A stretch of DNA of 64,000 bases from an uncultured Sediminibacterium sp. (GTDB taxonomy: Bacteria; Bacteroidota; Bacteroidia; Chitinophagales; Chitinophagaceae). How positions within the stretch are numbered: position 1 is the first letter of the stretch; the number at the start of each line of letters is the position of its first letter. The position numbers and the translations under genes were made by a program. The stretch spans positions 28,189 through 92,188 of the forward strand of contig CAYWPM010000009.1 of the NCBI GenBank assembly GCA_964460235.1. The letters run 5' to 3'. The notes under the pieces are model-generated. The model had not been told where the DNA came from and searched no databases. It was given only the letters and a program-made list of their open reading frames with translations. Shown one piece after another: positions 39,130 to 48,846 of this stretch.

Positions 39130-40026
39130 TTAACCAAGTTGATTGAGTGGATGCTTAATAATTTGACCACGAAGGTGTTCAGTTGTCGCTGAAAGGTAAA
39201 TAGTTGTTGTAGTGATATCAGAATGTCCCATCATTTTAGAAAGACTGAAAATGTCACATCCTCCTTCTAACATAAGAGTAGCGAACGTGTGGCGTAGCTT
39301 ATGAATACCAAATTCAATACCTGAAATTTTCTTTAGCTGGCTAACTATTATTTGAAGCACACGCTCATCTATTTTGCACTTCCCTCTATCGGTTGCAAAA
39401 AACTCGGGACAAACAACATGATGCTTTGCCCTTTCTTCCAGATAGGACTTCAAACTTTGCGCAAGTCCAATAGACATTGGTATAACCCGATCTTTTTTCC
39501 CCTTGCCCCAACGAACAAAAACCGACAGATTTTCAATATCAACATCTGTAAACTTCAAATTTAATAATTCGCTTTTCCGAAGACCTGCGAATAAAAACAT
39601 AGAAAACATGGCGTGGTTTCTCTTACGAATAAATCTTGTCTTATATGGGTAGTTATATACTATGTCAAGAATTCTTAATGCCTGCACTTTTGAAAGCCCT
39701 TTCGGAAGACTTGTTTCTTTCTTGGGACGCTGAATATTATCGATAGGATTAAATGTTAATAACCGATTAGCGATGCACCATTTAAAGAAAACATTAAGAG
39801 TAATGCGAATACAACTAAAACTTGATGATTTCCAATGCTGAATTGTCATACCATTGAGAAAGTATGATCGAACGTTCTCTTCGGTTATTTCAGAGCACTG
39901 GCTAATATTCGCATGTCTTATATAGGATCGGAGGGTCTGTTTATATCGCCTTATTGTGGGCAATGAGTAATTAAGTAAATATTGAGACTCTTGATAAAAT
40001 TTTGATGCTGCAATACTGATATCCAT
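39130..40026 (-). CDS. XerC/D-like tyrosine recombinase A
   Basis: GLRKSEL, GKGKKDR, HKLRH and MGHSDITTTTIY give a full catalytic set. Confidence 0.93.
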   Translation of the reverse strand: MDISIAASKFYQESQYLLNYSLPTIRRYKQTLRSYIRHANISQCSEITEENVRSYFLNGMTIQHWKSSSFSCIRITLNVFFKWCIANRLLTFNPIDNIQRPKKETSLPKGLSKVQALRILDIVYNYPYKTRFIRKRNHAMFSMFLFAGLRKSELLNLKFTDVDIENLSVFVRWGKGKKDRVIPMSIGLAQSLKSYLEERAKHHVVCPEFFATDRGKCKIDERVLQIIVSQLKKISGIEFGIHKLRHTFATLMLEGGCDIFSLSKMMGHSDITTTTIYLSATTEHLRGQIIKHPLNQLG

Positions 40027-40592
40027 TGAATAACTCTTCCAACCCTAAATTGACACTTACCCATTAAAGTGATTTAATTACAGTCATGTTCGGAAATTTC
40101 AACTACCTGTTTATTTTGAAAAGTAGTATCTGCGGAGTCAAAAACTACGATTCTCCCTTTTCTTATAAGCCTTTTTATCAGTTAAGCTAAGTACCTGATT
40201 ATGGGAGATAAACTAGGATGTCTCTTTCTCTTAAAATAGCTTTATTTATCAAACTATTTTCGACAATTGATAGGTTTTCCGAATCACATTGCAACTACCC
40301 GTTTTCAGTCACTTTTTGTGTCAGTTTAAGCCTCCGACAGGAGGCATTTAGGATAGGAAATTAATTTAAATAATAAGTACGGGTTAGATTTATTATACTT
40401 TAAAACTGCGTCGTATCCAACCTATAGATTTTATCTAGGATACAGTTTTGAACCCATTTCTTAAAAATCGAATAAAATTAAAACAGCATATTTATTTATC
40501 TTTTTCTTCTTGTTTCCGTGCTTGTAAAACGGATGATAATTATTGGCATTTGTATATAATATTCCCTAATTTGTTATATAATCGAATAGTAA

Positions 40593-42293
40593 ATGCCAAC
40601 TATCCATCGTCTCAATATTAAAAATTTTCGAGGAATTAAGTCTTTTGAACAAATATTTTCATCTGACTTTGTTTGCCTTATTGGAAGAGGAGATGTAGGT
40701 AAGTCAACTATTTTGGAAGCTATATCACACGTACTTTCTCCTAACTGGAATATTACATACTATGATAATGATTTTTATAATTGTGACTTAAATAACACAA
40801 TAGAAATTGAAGCAATTATAAAGGATTTACCAGCAACACTCATAACTGAAGAAAAATTTGGCGGATATATTAATGGCTTAAATACTGATACAAACAAAAT
40901 CGAAGAGGAACTAGAAGATAATCATGAAAAGGTACTTACTATTCGTCTGGAGGTAGATAAAGATTTAGAACCTAAATGGAGTGTTGTGTGTGACAGACAT
41001 GACCCTAAGCCAATATCTGCAACGGATCGAGGTAAGCTAAATATGTTTATGACTGCTGATTCAGTAGATCGTCACTTCTCATGGAGTAAAGGAAGCCCAC
41101 TTTATACGCTATTTAAAGATGTTGAAGGAACAACTTCAATAGAGGAGAATTTAATACTCGATGTATTAAGAACTGCGAAGACATCTATCGATGGATCTTT
41201 CTCTAAATTGGACGCTACGACACAGGTTATTAAGGGAGTAGCTTCAATAATGGGGCTTGAGCTCAATAACGCAAACACAACAATTGATTTCAGAGATATT
41301 GCTATTCGCGACAGTAAAGTTTGTCTTCATGATGGCAAAATTCCATTAAGATTAAAAGGGAAAGGATCTCGCCGCTTGGCCTCTATAGCAATACAAACTG
41401 CTATAGCTGCATCTGGAGGGATCATTTTGATTGATGAGATCGAACAAGGGCTAGAGCCGGATAGGGTTCAGAACCTTGTGAGCATTCTCAAAATGCAAAA
41501 TGAAGGCCAAATATTTATTACAACACATTCAAGAGATGTAATTGTTGAACTTGAAACAAAGGATTTATACTTATTAAGTACTAATGGTTCAAAACTAACG
41601 CCAATTGCCTCAGATTTGCAGGGTGTTATTCGTGCAAATCCAGAGTGCATGTTCGCGAATAAGATTTTGGTATGTGAAGGCGAAACGGAAATAGGTGTCT
41701 GTAAAGCTTTAAACAACTTTAGAATTAGCACTGGCAAGAAAAATGCAGCCCATCTTGGGGTTAGGTTTGCAAAAGGTGTAGGTAGTGCCTTTATAAAATA
41801 TAGTAAAAGTTTCAAAGCACTTGGATTTCCAACAGCGGTCTTTTGTGATTCAGATGATGCTGGCATTAATGCCGAGAAATCCGAATTAACACGTTTAGGT
41901 ATAACAATTTTTGACTGGGAGATTGGCGATTGCCTGGAAGTTGCATTATTTAAAAGTGCTTCAGTTGATTTGGTTAAGAAAATGCTTGACTTAGCTGCAC
42001 AAATAATTGGTGAAGAGAATAATATTTCTGCAAATACAGCATTTGAACAACAAATTAAAACAAGCATTTCGAGTAAAACGGGTAACTCATTTCCACAACT
42101 CCTTTCGAATGAAGTTTTAACAAACGAAATGCGCATAGCGATTGGGGTGTCGGCATCTAAAAAAAACTGGTTTAAAAGAATTTCAAAAGGTGAACGATTG
42201 GGTAATCTCTTATTTGCAAATCAGTCAGAGCTAGGGCCTGCAGTGATACAAATGTTTTCTCGACTAGAAGAGTGGATTGATAATGGATCATAA
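40593..42293 (+). CDS. gajA: Gabija GajA-like OLD-family ATPase/TOPRIM nuclease
   Basis: IKNFRGI, GRGDVGKST, LIDEIEQGL, TTHS; TOPRIM VCEGETE and DSD. Confidence 0.82.
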   Translation: MPTIHRLNIKNFRGIKSFEQIFSSDFVCLIGRGDVGKSTILEAISHVLSPNWNITYYDNDFYNCDLNNTIEIEAIIKDLPATLITEEKFGGYINGLNTDTNKIEEELEDNHEKVLTIRLEVDKDLEPKWSVVCDRHDPKPISATDRGKLNMFMTADSVDRHFSWSKGSPLYTLFKDVEGTTSIEENLILDVLRTAKTSIDGSFSKLDATTQVIKGVASIMGLELNNANTTIDFRDIAIRDSKVCLHDGKIPLRLKGKGSRRLASIAIQTAIAASGGIILIDEIEQGLEPDRVQNLVSILKMQNEGQIFITTHSRDVIVELETKDLYLLSTNGSKLTPIASDLQGVIRANPECMFANKILVCEGETEIGVCKALNNFRISTGKKNAAHLGVRFAKGVGSAFIKYSKSFKALGFPTAVFCDSDDAGINAEKSELTRLGITIFDWEIGDCLEVALFKSASVDLVKKMLDLAAQIIGEENNISANTAFEQQIKTSISSKTGNSFPQLLSNEVLTNEMRIAIGVSASKKNWFKRISKGERLGNLLFANQSELGPAVIQMFSRLEEWIDNGS

Positions 42294-43701
42294 AACCTTT
42301 ATAGAGAAACGAAAGGCATTAGCTATTGCACCTGCTGGGCATGGGAAAACTCATGCAATAACCGATTGCATGACTCAGATATTAGGTCGACAACTTATTT
42401 TAACGCATACCCACGCAGGTGTTGCGTCTTTGAGAGATAAATTAAAAAAACAAAATATTTCCTCAAAAGCATATAACCTCGAAACAATAACGAGTTATGC
42501 GCAAGCAATTGTACAAAATTTTTATACTGGAAAAGATATTCCCCCGCCAGAATCTGGTAAAACTTATTATGCATTCCTTATTGAAAAGGCAACGAGCTTG
42601 CTTAACAAGAAACCCATTAAAGATGTAATTGCGGCAACATACAAAGGCTTATTTGTTGATGAATATCAAGACTGTACAATCTCGCAACACACCTTTATTA
42701 TGAAACTGTCCGATATTCTCTCAACAAGAATTTTTGGTGACCCGCTCCAAGGTATTTTCGGTTTTAGTGAAGCGCTCGTAGATTTGAATGATAAAGAACA
42801 AATGGGTGATTTTTTAGAAGATAGAATTACCCTAAGTACACCATATAGATGGCGCGGTGTAAATGAAAATCTTGGAGAAACTCTAAAATCAATAAGAGTA
42901 GAGTTAGAATCAACAGATTCAGTTGACCTTTCTAAATATAGATTGGGCATGGAATTAATAATAGCCCCGGAAGCTGACTTATATAATGGGCAACGCGATT
43001 ATCATAAAAAAATCATAAGTCTACTAAACGATGAAAGTATTTTAATTATTGATCCAGATAGCACCAGTGTAACACCTCGAATAAAGAAAATCTCAAGTTT
43101 CCAAAATCGAATTAGATTAATCGAATCTATTGATGATAAATCATTTTATGACATTGCTAAAAAAATTGACCTAATCTCAACAGAAGATTCACCTTCAAAA
43201 AAAATCCGAGATTTAATAGCTGAATTACTTAGCCCTGATTCAATAATTAACCAATGGTTTGACTCCAACGGACTTAAATCATTTAAAAAGGAAGAAAAAA
43301 GGCAAGCTATACAAAAAGTAAAAGAAAGTTTAGATGATTTTTCACAGTCAAGAGATATTTCCAAAATTCCCCTCATTCTAAAAGGGGTAGAAAAATTGCC
43401 CAATATTAAATCTTATAGAAAAGAGTTATTTAAGGTTATATGTAGTGCCATTTATTTTGCAAAAGAAAACAATGTAACAGTTTATGAAGCTGTAGTAGTT
43501 ATACGGAATAAAACTCGGCGTGCAGGTAGAAAAGTTATTGGAAGGTGTATTGGAACAACTTTGCTTACGAAAGGGCTTGAGTTTGATACGGTAGTTGTTT
43601 TGAACGCACAAAAATTTGATAAAAAAAACTTTTACGTTGCGCTTACTCGTGCAAGAAAAAAACTTGTTGTTTTTGCAAATCAAAATGTCCTTTCATTTTA
43701 A
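42277..43701 (+). CDS. gajB: Gabija GajB-like UvrD helicase
   Basis: APAGHGKT, DEYQD, GDPLQ, KGLEFD and YVALTRA motifs; overlaps gajA by 17 bp. Confidence 0.82.
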   Translation: MIMDHKTFIEKRKALAIAPAGHGKTHAITDCMTQILGRQLILTHTHAGVASLRDKLKKQNISSKAYNLETITSYAQAIVQNFYTGKDIPPPESGKTYYAFLIEKATSLLNKKPIKDVIAATYKGLFVDEYQDCTISQHTFIMKLSDILSTRIFGDPLQGIFGFSEALVDLNDKEQMGDFLEDRITLSTPYRWRGVNENLGETLKSIRVELESTDSVDLSKYRLGMELIIAPEADLYNGQRDYHKKIISLLNDESILIIDPDSTSVTPRIKKISSFQNRIRLIESIDDKSFYDIAKKIDLISTEDSPSKKIRDLIAELLSPDSIINQWFDSNGLKSFKKEEKRQAIQKVKESLDDFSQSRDISKIPLILKGVEKLPNIKSYRKELFKVICSAIYFAKENNVTVYEAVVVIRNKTRRAGRKVIGRCIGTTLLTKGLEFDTVVVLNAQKFDKKNFYVALTRARKKLVVFANQNVLSF

Positions 43702-43761
43702 GAGTTTCGTATATCGGTCTTTTTATTACTTGTTTTGTAAAAGACTCAGATTAATAAACCA

Positions 43762-44697
43762 TTAAATAAAATCATCTATCATCATGTTTTCAACATCTGC
43801 TCTCATTTCATGAGTAGGTAAACAACGTAAATAAACAAGAGTCATTCTAATATCTGAATGTCCCATTAGTTGTTTTAGTTTAACAACATTATTACTTGAT
43901 TTCAGGAAGTTGACTGCAAAGGTGTGTCTAAATTGATGCAAATGAAATTTTATCCGTGAAGTTGCTTTAATTTTTTTTACTAACAGGTCTAAGCCGTCAT
44001 AACTTAATCGTTGATCTTTATACCTAGAGACGAATAAAAATGCCGTACTGTAATGGCGGCGTTCCTTTAGATAGTCTTTGAGATACATGCAAACGTGTGC
44101 ATGTAACGGTATAATTCTTGTGCGAGGAATTTTTGAGTTTTCCGCTCGCACAGTTAAAACCTTCCGTTCCATATCAATATCTCTTATTTGCAATAGCAAT
44201 AGCTCCTCACGGCGAAGGCCGCAAAAAAGAAGAGTATAAAACAGCGCAAGGTTTCTTTTCCTAAGTAACAGATTATTGCTTGAGTGATAATGTACTGCGG
44301 TCATTATTTTTTCAACTTCTTCCTTTTTGAGATACTTCAAATTGTCATAAACGACTGAAGGCCTCCGCATACCTAAAAAAGGACTTTCTGATATGTACTT
44401 TCGTATGCGTAGCCATTCAAAGAAATTATGCAACTTGCTCCAATACGTTCTAACTGTGGATTTTTTGATACCCTCTTGAAGTAAGCCGAAATGGCGTGTT
44501 CGTTTTCTATCTTCAAGTGTTTTAAAAAATCTAGTTATCATGATTGGCGTTAATGTTTCTAACGTTAAATCCGGAATAACTTTCATAAGAAGCTTAAATG
44601 TTTCTTTATACCCTCGAATAGTCTCAGGTCTAAGTTTCCTAGAATATTCGCATTCAAGAATATATTCATCAAAAAGCTGATAAATGGTTTTTCTCAT
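43762..44697 (-). CDS. XerC/D-like tyrosine recombinase B
   Basis: GLRREEL, HQFRH and MGHSDIRMTLVY motifs. Confidence 0.93.
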   Translation of the reverse strand: MRKTIYQLFDEYILECEYSRKLRPETIRGYKETFKLLMKVIPDLTLETLTPIMITRFFKTLEDRKRTRHFGLLQEGIKKSTVRTYWSKLHNFFEWLRIRKYISESPFLGMRRPSVVYDNLKYLKKEEVEKIMTAVHYHSSNNLLLRKRNLALFYTLLFCGLRREELLLLQIRDIDMERKVLTVRAENSKIPRTRIIPLHAHVCMYLKDYLKERRHYSTAFLFVSRYKDQRLSYDGLDLLVKKIKATSRIKFHLHQFRHTFAVNFLKSSNNVVKLKQLMGHSDIRMTLVYLRCLPTHEMRADVENMMIDDFI

Positions 44698-44734
44698 ACT
44701 ATCAAAACCTTATCATTCTTTTATGACATTTTTA

Positions 44735-45365
44735 CAGACTGCAATATTTCACATATAGCAAAGTTTTTCATTGTATTGAAAATATTTGCTTTGCTCTTGT
44801 AGGAAAATGAATAATTTTAAGGTAGATAGGAATATATGAATAGGATATCAAGAGCTTTACAGTCCGGCTGGAACAGTTTGCGCCAACCACAGTCCTTCGA
44901 AAAAGGAACTGCATTTGAAGATTTTGTTGAAAATGAAATCTTTGATGAATCGCAATATCAAATAATTCATAAGACGAATTCCTATGCAACCAACTCACAC
45001 CGTTTTGTTGAGAGTAGCTTACTCCCCGATTTCTTATTCCGAGATAAGGTAACAGGAAGAGAGTTTTATGTTGAATGTAAGTTTCGCTCTTCACTTAATC
45101 CAGATGGTAACTATGATTGGTGCAACGATCAACAACTTGAACGGTATTTACAACTGCATCAAGAAGTGCCCGTATTTGTTGCACTGGGTTTAGAAGGTGT
45201 TCCAGAGAAGCCCGGAGCTGTTTTTCTAATCCCCCTTCACTATTGTTCATATACCTCACTATTCCCAAGTCGCCTCAGTGAGTATGAATTATTTTATATA
45301 CCACTCTCACCAAACTATCTTTGGTCTCGACTTTAGCAAACGCTAAAATATTTCAGACTGCAATA
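44735..45365. repeat. 12-bp direct repeat CAGACTGCAATA (44735-44746, 45354-45365) flanking the nuclease gene
   Basis: Exact match in both intergenic flanks, 619 bp apart. Confidence 0.75.
44836..45336 (+). CDS. PD-(D/E)xK restriction-endonuclease-like protein
   Basis: KGTAFEDFV...LPDFLF...VECKFRS. Confidence 0.8.
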   Translation: MNRISRALQSGWNSLRQPQSFEKGTAFEDFVENEIFDESQYQIIHKTNSYATNSHRFVESSLLPDFLFRDKVTGREFYVECKFRSSLNPDGNYDWCNDQQLERYLQLHQEVPVFVALGLEGVPEKPGAVFLIPLHYCSYTSLFPSRLSEYELFYIPLSPNYLWSRL

Positions 45366-45425
45366 AACTGTTAGACATACATACAATGTGAAAGACACTG
45401 TTCTTTCACAATTAAATCAATTTGT

Positions 45426-46310
45426 ATGTCTGTACAAAAAAAGCAGCCCCACGATGTCTATACACTTGTAACAGATATCATTGTCGCTCAATTGGAAAAA
45501 GGGATAATTCCTTGGAAAAAGACGTGGCAAGAAGCCGGTATTCCCCGCAACCTCGTTACAAACGTAGCGTATCGAGGAATCAACGTTTGGCTTCTGTCTG
45601 CTCTTAACTACCAAAAGAACTTCTTTTTAACATGGCACCAACTCAAAAAAATTGGTGGCTCAATTCACAAAGGTGAGTTTGGTCATGTAGTTGTGTTTTG
45701 GAAGCTTCTTGAAAAGAAACATGATAGTGAAGATGATACTCAGAAAAAAGCAATTCTTCGTTATCACAAGGTATTTAATGTTGCGCAGTGCTATAACTTG
45801 CCTTTGGGGCTACTGCAAAGATTAGATGAAGTAGACAAAGAAAAAAACACGATTGAAAGCTGTGAAGACATTGTTTCACTAATGCCACAGCGTCCAACAA
45901 TCTCTCACAAAGGAGATAAAGCGTATTACGATCCGAAACAGGATTATGTAAATGTTCCAACCTTACATTGCTTTGTGGATGCAGAGAGCTATTATAATGT
46001 TCTCTTCCATGAATTAGTACATGCAACTGGACATAGTAGTAGACTTAATCGCAAAGAGTTGGTTGAACCAGTCGTATTTGGATCTCTCCTTTATTCAATT
46101 GAAGAGCTGACTGCAGAAATTGGTGCTTCGTATTTGCAGTCAATTGCCGGTGTATCATCCCAAAAACACATTGAAAACAATGTGGCATATATCCAGGGGT
46201 GGTTGAAGCAATTGCGCAATGATAAACGATTCATCATTTATGCAAGTTCACAGGCGCAGCGTGCGACAGATTTCATTTTGAACGTATCCTACGATTCAAA
46301 GCCCGAGTAA
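45426..46310 (+). CDS. ardC: ArdC-family antirestriction/ssDNA-binding protein
   Basis: IPWKKTW, YRGIN, VFNVAQ, the zincin-like HELVHATGH and EELTAE. Confidence 0.88.
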   Translation: MSVQKKQPHDVYTLVTDIIVAQLEKGIIPWKKTWQEAGIPRNLVTNVAYRGINVWLLSALNYQKNFFLTWHQLKKIGGSIHKGEFGHVVVFWKLLEKKHDSEDDTQKKAILRYHKVFNVAQCYNLPLGLLQRLDEVDKEKNTIESCEDIVSLMPQRPTISHKGDKAYYDPKQDYVNVPTLHCFVDAESYYNVLFHELVHATGHSSRLNRKELVEPVVFGSLLYSIEELTAEIGASYLQSIAGVSSQKHIENNVAYIQGWLKQLRNDKRFIIYASSQAQRATDFILNVSYDSKPE

Positions 46311-46320
46311 TCGGGCTTTT
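46298..46320 (+). terminator. Terminator after ardC
   Basis: GCCCGA-GTAA-TCGGGC followed by a T run. Confidence 0.8.
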
Positions 46321-46399
46321 GTTTTTGTGCCATTCATTTTTCATAAGCAAAATTATTTCAGTCTTTCTTCGAGTAGCGAATTCTTGATATTGTTATCGT

Positions 46400-46675
46400 A
46401 TGGAAGAGGAACAACGACCAATTCCAAATAGATTAAAACTGTATCGCATACGATACGGTTATTCTCAACACGATGTAGCAAACTTGTTGGGGTTGCAAAC
46501 AACAAGTCAAATTTCGCAATGGGAAAATGGATTCATAATGCCGAACGCAATTAACTTATTTAAATTAAGTATGCTCTATCGGACAATTCCAAATGAGTTG
46601 TATTATGAGTATCTATTCGAAATTCGCGATGAGCTACTAGCACATGAGCCACCACTTAAAGTGGTGCAGATTTAA
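46400..46675 (+). CDS. XRE-family HTH regulator
   Basis: LKLYRIRYGYSQHDVANLLG...ISQWENG. Confidence 0.9.
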   Translation: MEEEQRPIPNRLKLYRIRYGYSQHDVANLLGLQTTSQISQWENGFIMPNAINLFKLSMLYRTIPNELYYEYLFEIRDELLAHEPPLKVVQI

Positions 46676-46703
46676 TCTTTCTTATTGGATCTAAATTAAA
46701 AAC

Positions 46704-46755
46704 TATTAAAATCGACGACGATATAATCGATTTTAATATAAAAAACGACGACGAT
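46704..46755. repeat. 12-bp perfect inverted repeat plus CGACGACGAT direct repeat
   Basis: TATTAAAATCGA (46704-46715) / TCGATTTTAATA (46727-46738); CGACGACGAT at 46713 and 46746. Confidence 0.8.
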
Positions 46756-46756
46756 T

Positions 46757-47041
46757 GTGAACCGCTTTCAAGCAGAGTTAACAAAACAACTAATCCGAAT
46801 CAAAACTATGATGTATACCAATGAAGAAACAGCGTTGGCTCATGAAATCGCGACGGCCTTAAATGACCAAAAAGCACTTAGCCAACATTTAAAATATGTC
46901 AGACTATACCCTCACGATTCCCTGAGAATGATCTTAGAAAAGGTACTTAGTATTCCCAAAGACAAAATTCATACAAGTCGAGCGGCCTATTTTGTCTCTT
47001 TAGTTAAGCAGTTAAAATATTATGACTCTCCTCGGCATTAG
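46757..47041 (+). CDS. Hypothetical helical protein
   Basis: LAHEIATALND...LEKVLSIP...SRAAYFVSLV; its end overlaps the next gene. Confidence 0.6.
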   Translation: MNRFQAELTKQLIRIKTMMYTNEETALAHEIATALNDQKALSQHLKYVRLYPHDSLRMILEKVLSIPKDKIHTSRAAYFVSLVKQLKYYDSPRH

Positions 47042-47483
47042 TATTGGAACACGAACAACCGGCACAGTTTTATTAATCGATGGACGCCTGCGTGATTGGC
47101 ACAATCACACATTCTTAGGAAAATGGTCTAATAAGAAGTGCAAAAGAATGATTGAGCGATACGAAAAGCATATTAAGAAATATGGTGTTCGGATTATTAT
47201 TGCAAAGATTCCTCCACAAACACATCAAACAAAACGGATAAATCAGATTATCGAATCTCTCGATGAAGTCGTAAAGCAGCATAAGTGTTTCGTGCACTAT
47301 AAAACGAAGCGTGACTTAAAGCATGTTTTTCCAACGGCACTCAATCCGCATGAATTAGCTCAAGAAGCTGCTTCGCAATTTCCAGACCTTTTGCCCTTAA
47401 TGGAACGTGAGTTTAGAAATAAACGTCCGTATTATCTGAAAGTTTTCGAGGCTGCGCTTATAGCAGCAGCTCATGATAAATAA
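47022..47483 (+). CDS. RNase H/RuvC-like fold protein, first acidic residue apparently replaced
   Basis: LLGISIGTRTTG (compare ILGIDPG); C-terminal FEAALIAA. Confidence 0.5.
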   Translation: MTLLGISIGTRTTGTVLLIDGRLRDWHNHTFLGKWSNKKCKRMIERYEKHIKKYGVRIIIAKIPPQTHQTKRINQIIESLDEVVKQHKCFVHYKTKRDLKHVFPTALNPHELAQEAASQFPDLLPLMEREFRNKRPYYLKVFEAALIAAAHDK

Positions 47484-47486
47484 GTC

Positions 47487-48797
47487 CTATAAATTGACTA
47501 CCGATTCAAGAGCATCGTCTGCTTCCTTGTGAGTGAAATTCGATTGATAGCCTATAGTTGTTGTTACCGAGGAATGTCGGTACAGCTTTTGGAGCATTTG
47601 TATTGGTATACGATCTCCACTAATATTTCCAAAAGTGTGACGAGCGATATGCATTGTAAGTGTTTTTTCTATACCCGCTGCTGGTGCAACGTGTAATCGA
47701 AGGCACTTATCAATTTTACTCGTTTCGTCAGCAATCTTTTTTTGAATGGCGAAGCTATCTTCGCTTTCACTCAGTTTTTCTAACTCAGGGAATATATGTG
47801 CTTCCGAACTCTGTTTCCCTTTTTTATACCTGCTCAAAATAGCATGAGCTTTTTCGGGGAGCTTTAATGAGCCAGTCTTTTGGTTTTTCCCCATCGCATA
47901 ATAGAGTCGATTGTCTTTAATATTCGACCATCGTAAACGGAGAATATCTGACACCCGCATTCCGGCTAAATAGAAAGAAAATAACCAAAGGTTTCGTGCA
48001 TGAGCCTCTTTAGATCCTTCGGGAAATTCTAGTGCTTCTATTTGTTTAACCTCCTCTTCGGTTAGTCCTATTTTATTTGACGGAGGAAATTTGATTGAAA
48101 TTTTACCTTCTCCAAATGGAGAATCTGCTTTTACTGCTGCTCCTTCTTTTACTGCAAGGCTGAAGACAGATCGGATAGCAACAAGGTGATTGATGATTGA
48201 GCGTTCGCTCAATACGCTTTTCTTTATTAGGCGTTTTTCCAGATTCCGCATTTTTTTCCCTGGCTTTTTCTCCTCTACATTATACGTGATCTTATATTCA
48301 CTTTTCAGATAGAGTTTGAATTGTTGCAGGAGCGACACGGTTATATCAAAAAAGGCTTTATCGCTGTTTTTTAAGAATGTCTTAAAATGCTTTATTCGAG
48401 GTTTGTCGGCGGTATATTGATTGTATTTTCCGGCTTTTTGAAGGTTTTCAAGGTATAAATCTGCGATTGGAAAAAAGGTCAATCCCCTTTTCGGTTTAAT
48501 TTTTTGCTTTACTGCTTGGGAGCTCACCTTCTTTTCTTTCACTTCAAGGTCAATGGATGCAGCACTCACTTCCGCGATTCGTTTCACTATGAGGTTGTTC
48601 AAACGGGCAGAATTGGGGTGATTCTTTTTAACCCGCTGTTCTTTCGCGTCCCATTCAGTAGTCTTGATTTTGTGCCCAATATACATGAAGGAGGACTTAC
48701 GATCTGTGGTTATGCGGATGGCAAGCGGGAAAGTAGTTGGTAGTGTTCCATCCTTGTTTTTCTTCTGCCGAAGGATTACCTTTATTGATGAAGCCAT
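47487..48797 (-). CDS. Tyrosine integrase of the island (arm-binding, SAM-like and catalytic domains)
   Basis: Start MASSIKVILR; AGMRVSD, MGKNQK, HIARH and LYRHSSVTTTIGY motifs; adjacent to the att copy. Confidence 0.95.
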   Translation of the reverse strand: MASSIKVILRQKKNKDGTLPTTFPLAIRITTDRKSSFMYIGHKIKTTEWDAKEQRVKKNHPNSARLNNLIVKRIAEVSAASIDLEVKEKKVSSQAVKQKIKPKRGLTFFPIADLYLENLQKAGKYNQYTADKPRIKHFKTFLKNSDKAFFDITVSLLQQFKLYLKSEYKITYNVEEKKPGKKMRNLEKRLIKKSVLSERSIINHLVAIRSVFSLAVKEGAAVKADSPFGEGKISIKFPPSNKIGLTEEEVKQIEALEFPEGSKEAHARNLWLFSFYLAGMRVSDILRLRWSNIKDNRLYYAMGKNQKTGSLKLPEKAHAILSRYKKGKQSSEAHIFPELEKLSESEDSFAIQKKIADETSKIDKCLRLHVAPAAGIEKTLTMHIARHTFGNISGDRIPIQMLQKLYRHSSVTTTIGYQSNFTHKEADDALESVVNL

Positions 48798-48824
48798 AGC
48801 CACATTGAGTTTTAGAGCTATTAA

Positions 48825-48846
48825 GGTACAACATAGGTACAACAAA
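48825..48846 (+). repeat. Candidate integrase arm-type site, right copy
   Basis: Identical to 16746-16767. Confidence 0.8.

Noticed and set aside
40370-40590. dif-like XerC/D sites upstream of Gabija
   Set aside because: Only weak AT-rich resemblance; no convincing 11-6-11 arrangement.
48798-48845. ORF-track N-terminal extension of the integrase (MLYLCCTL...)
   Set aside because: It runs through the arm-type repeat; MASSIKVILR at 48797 is the family-typical start.
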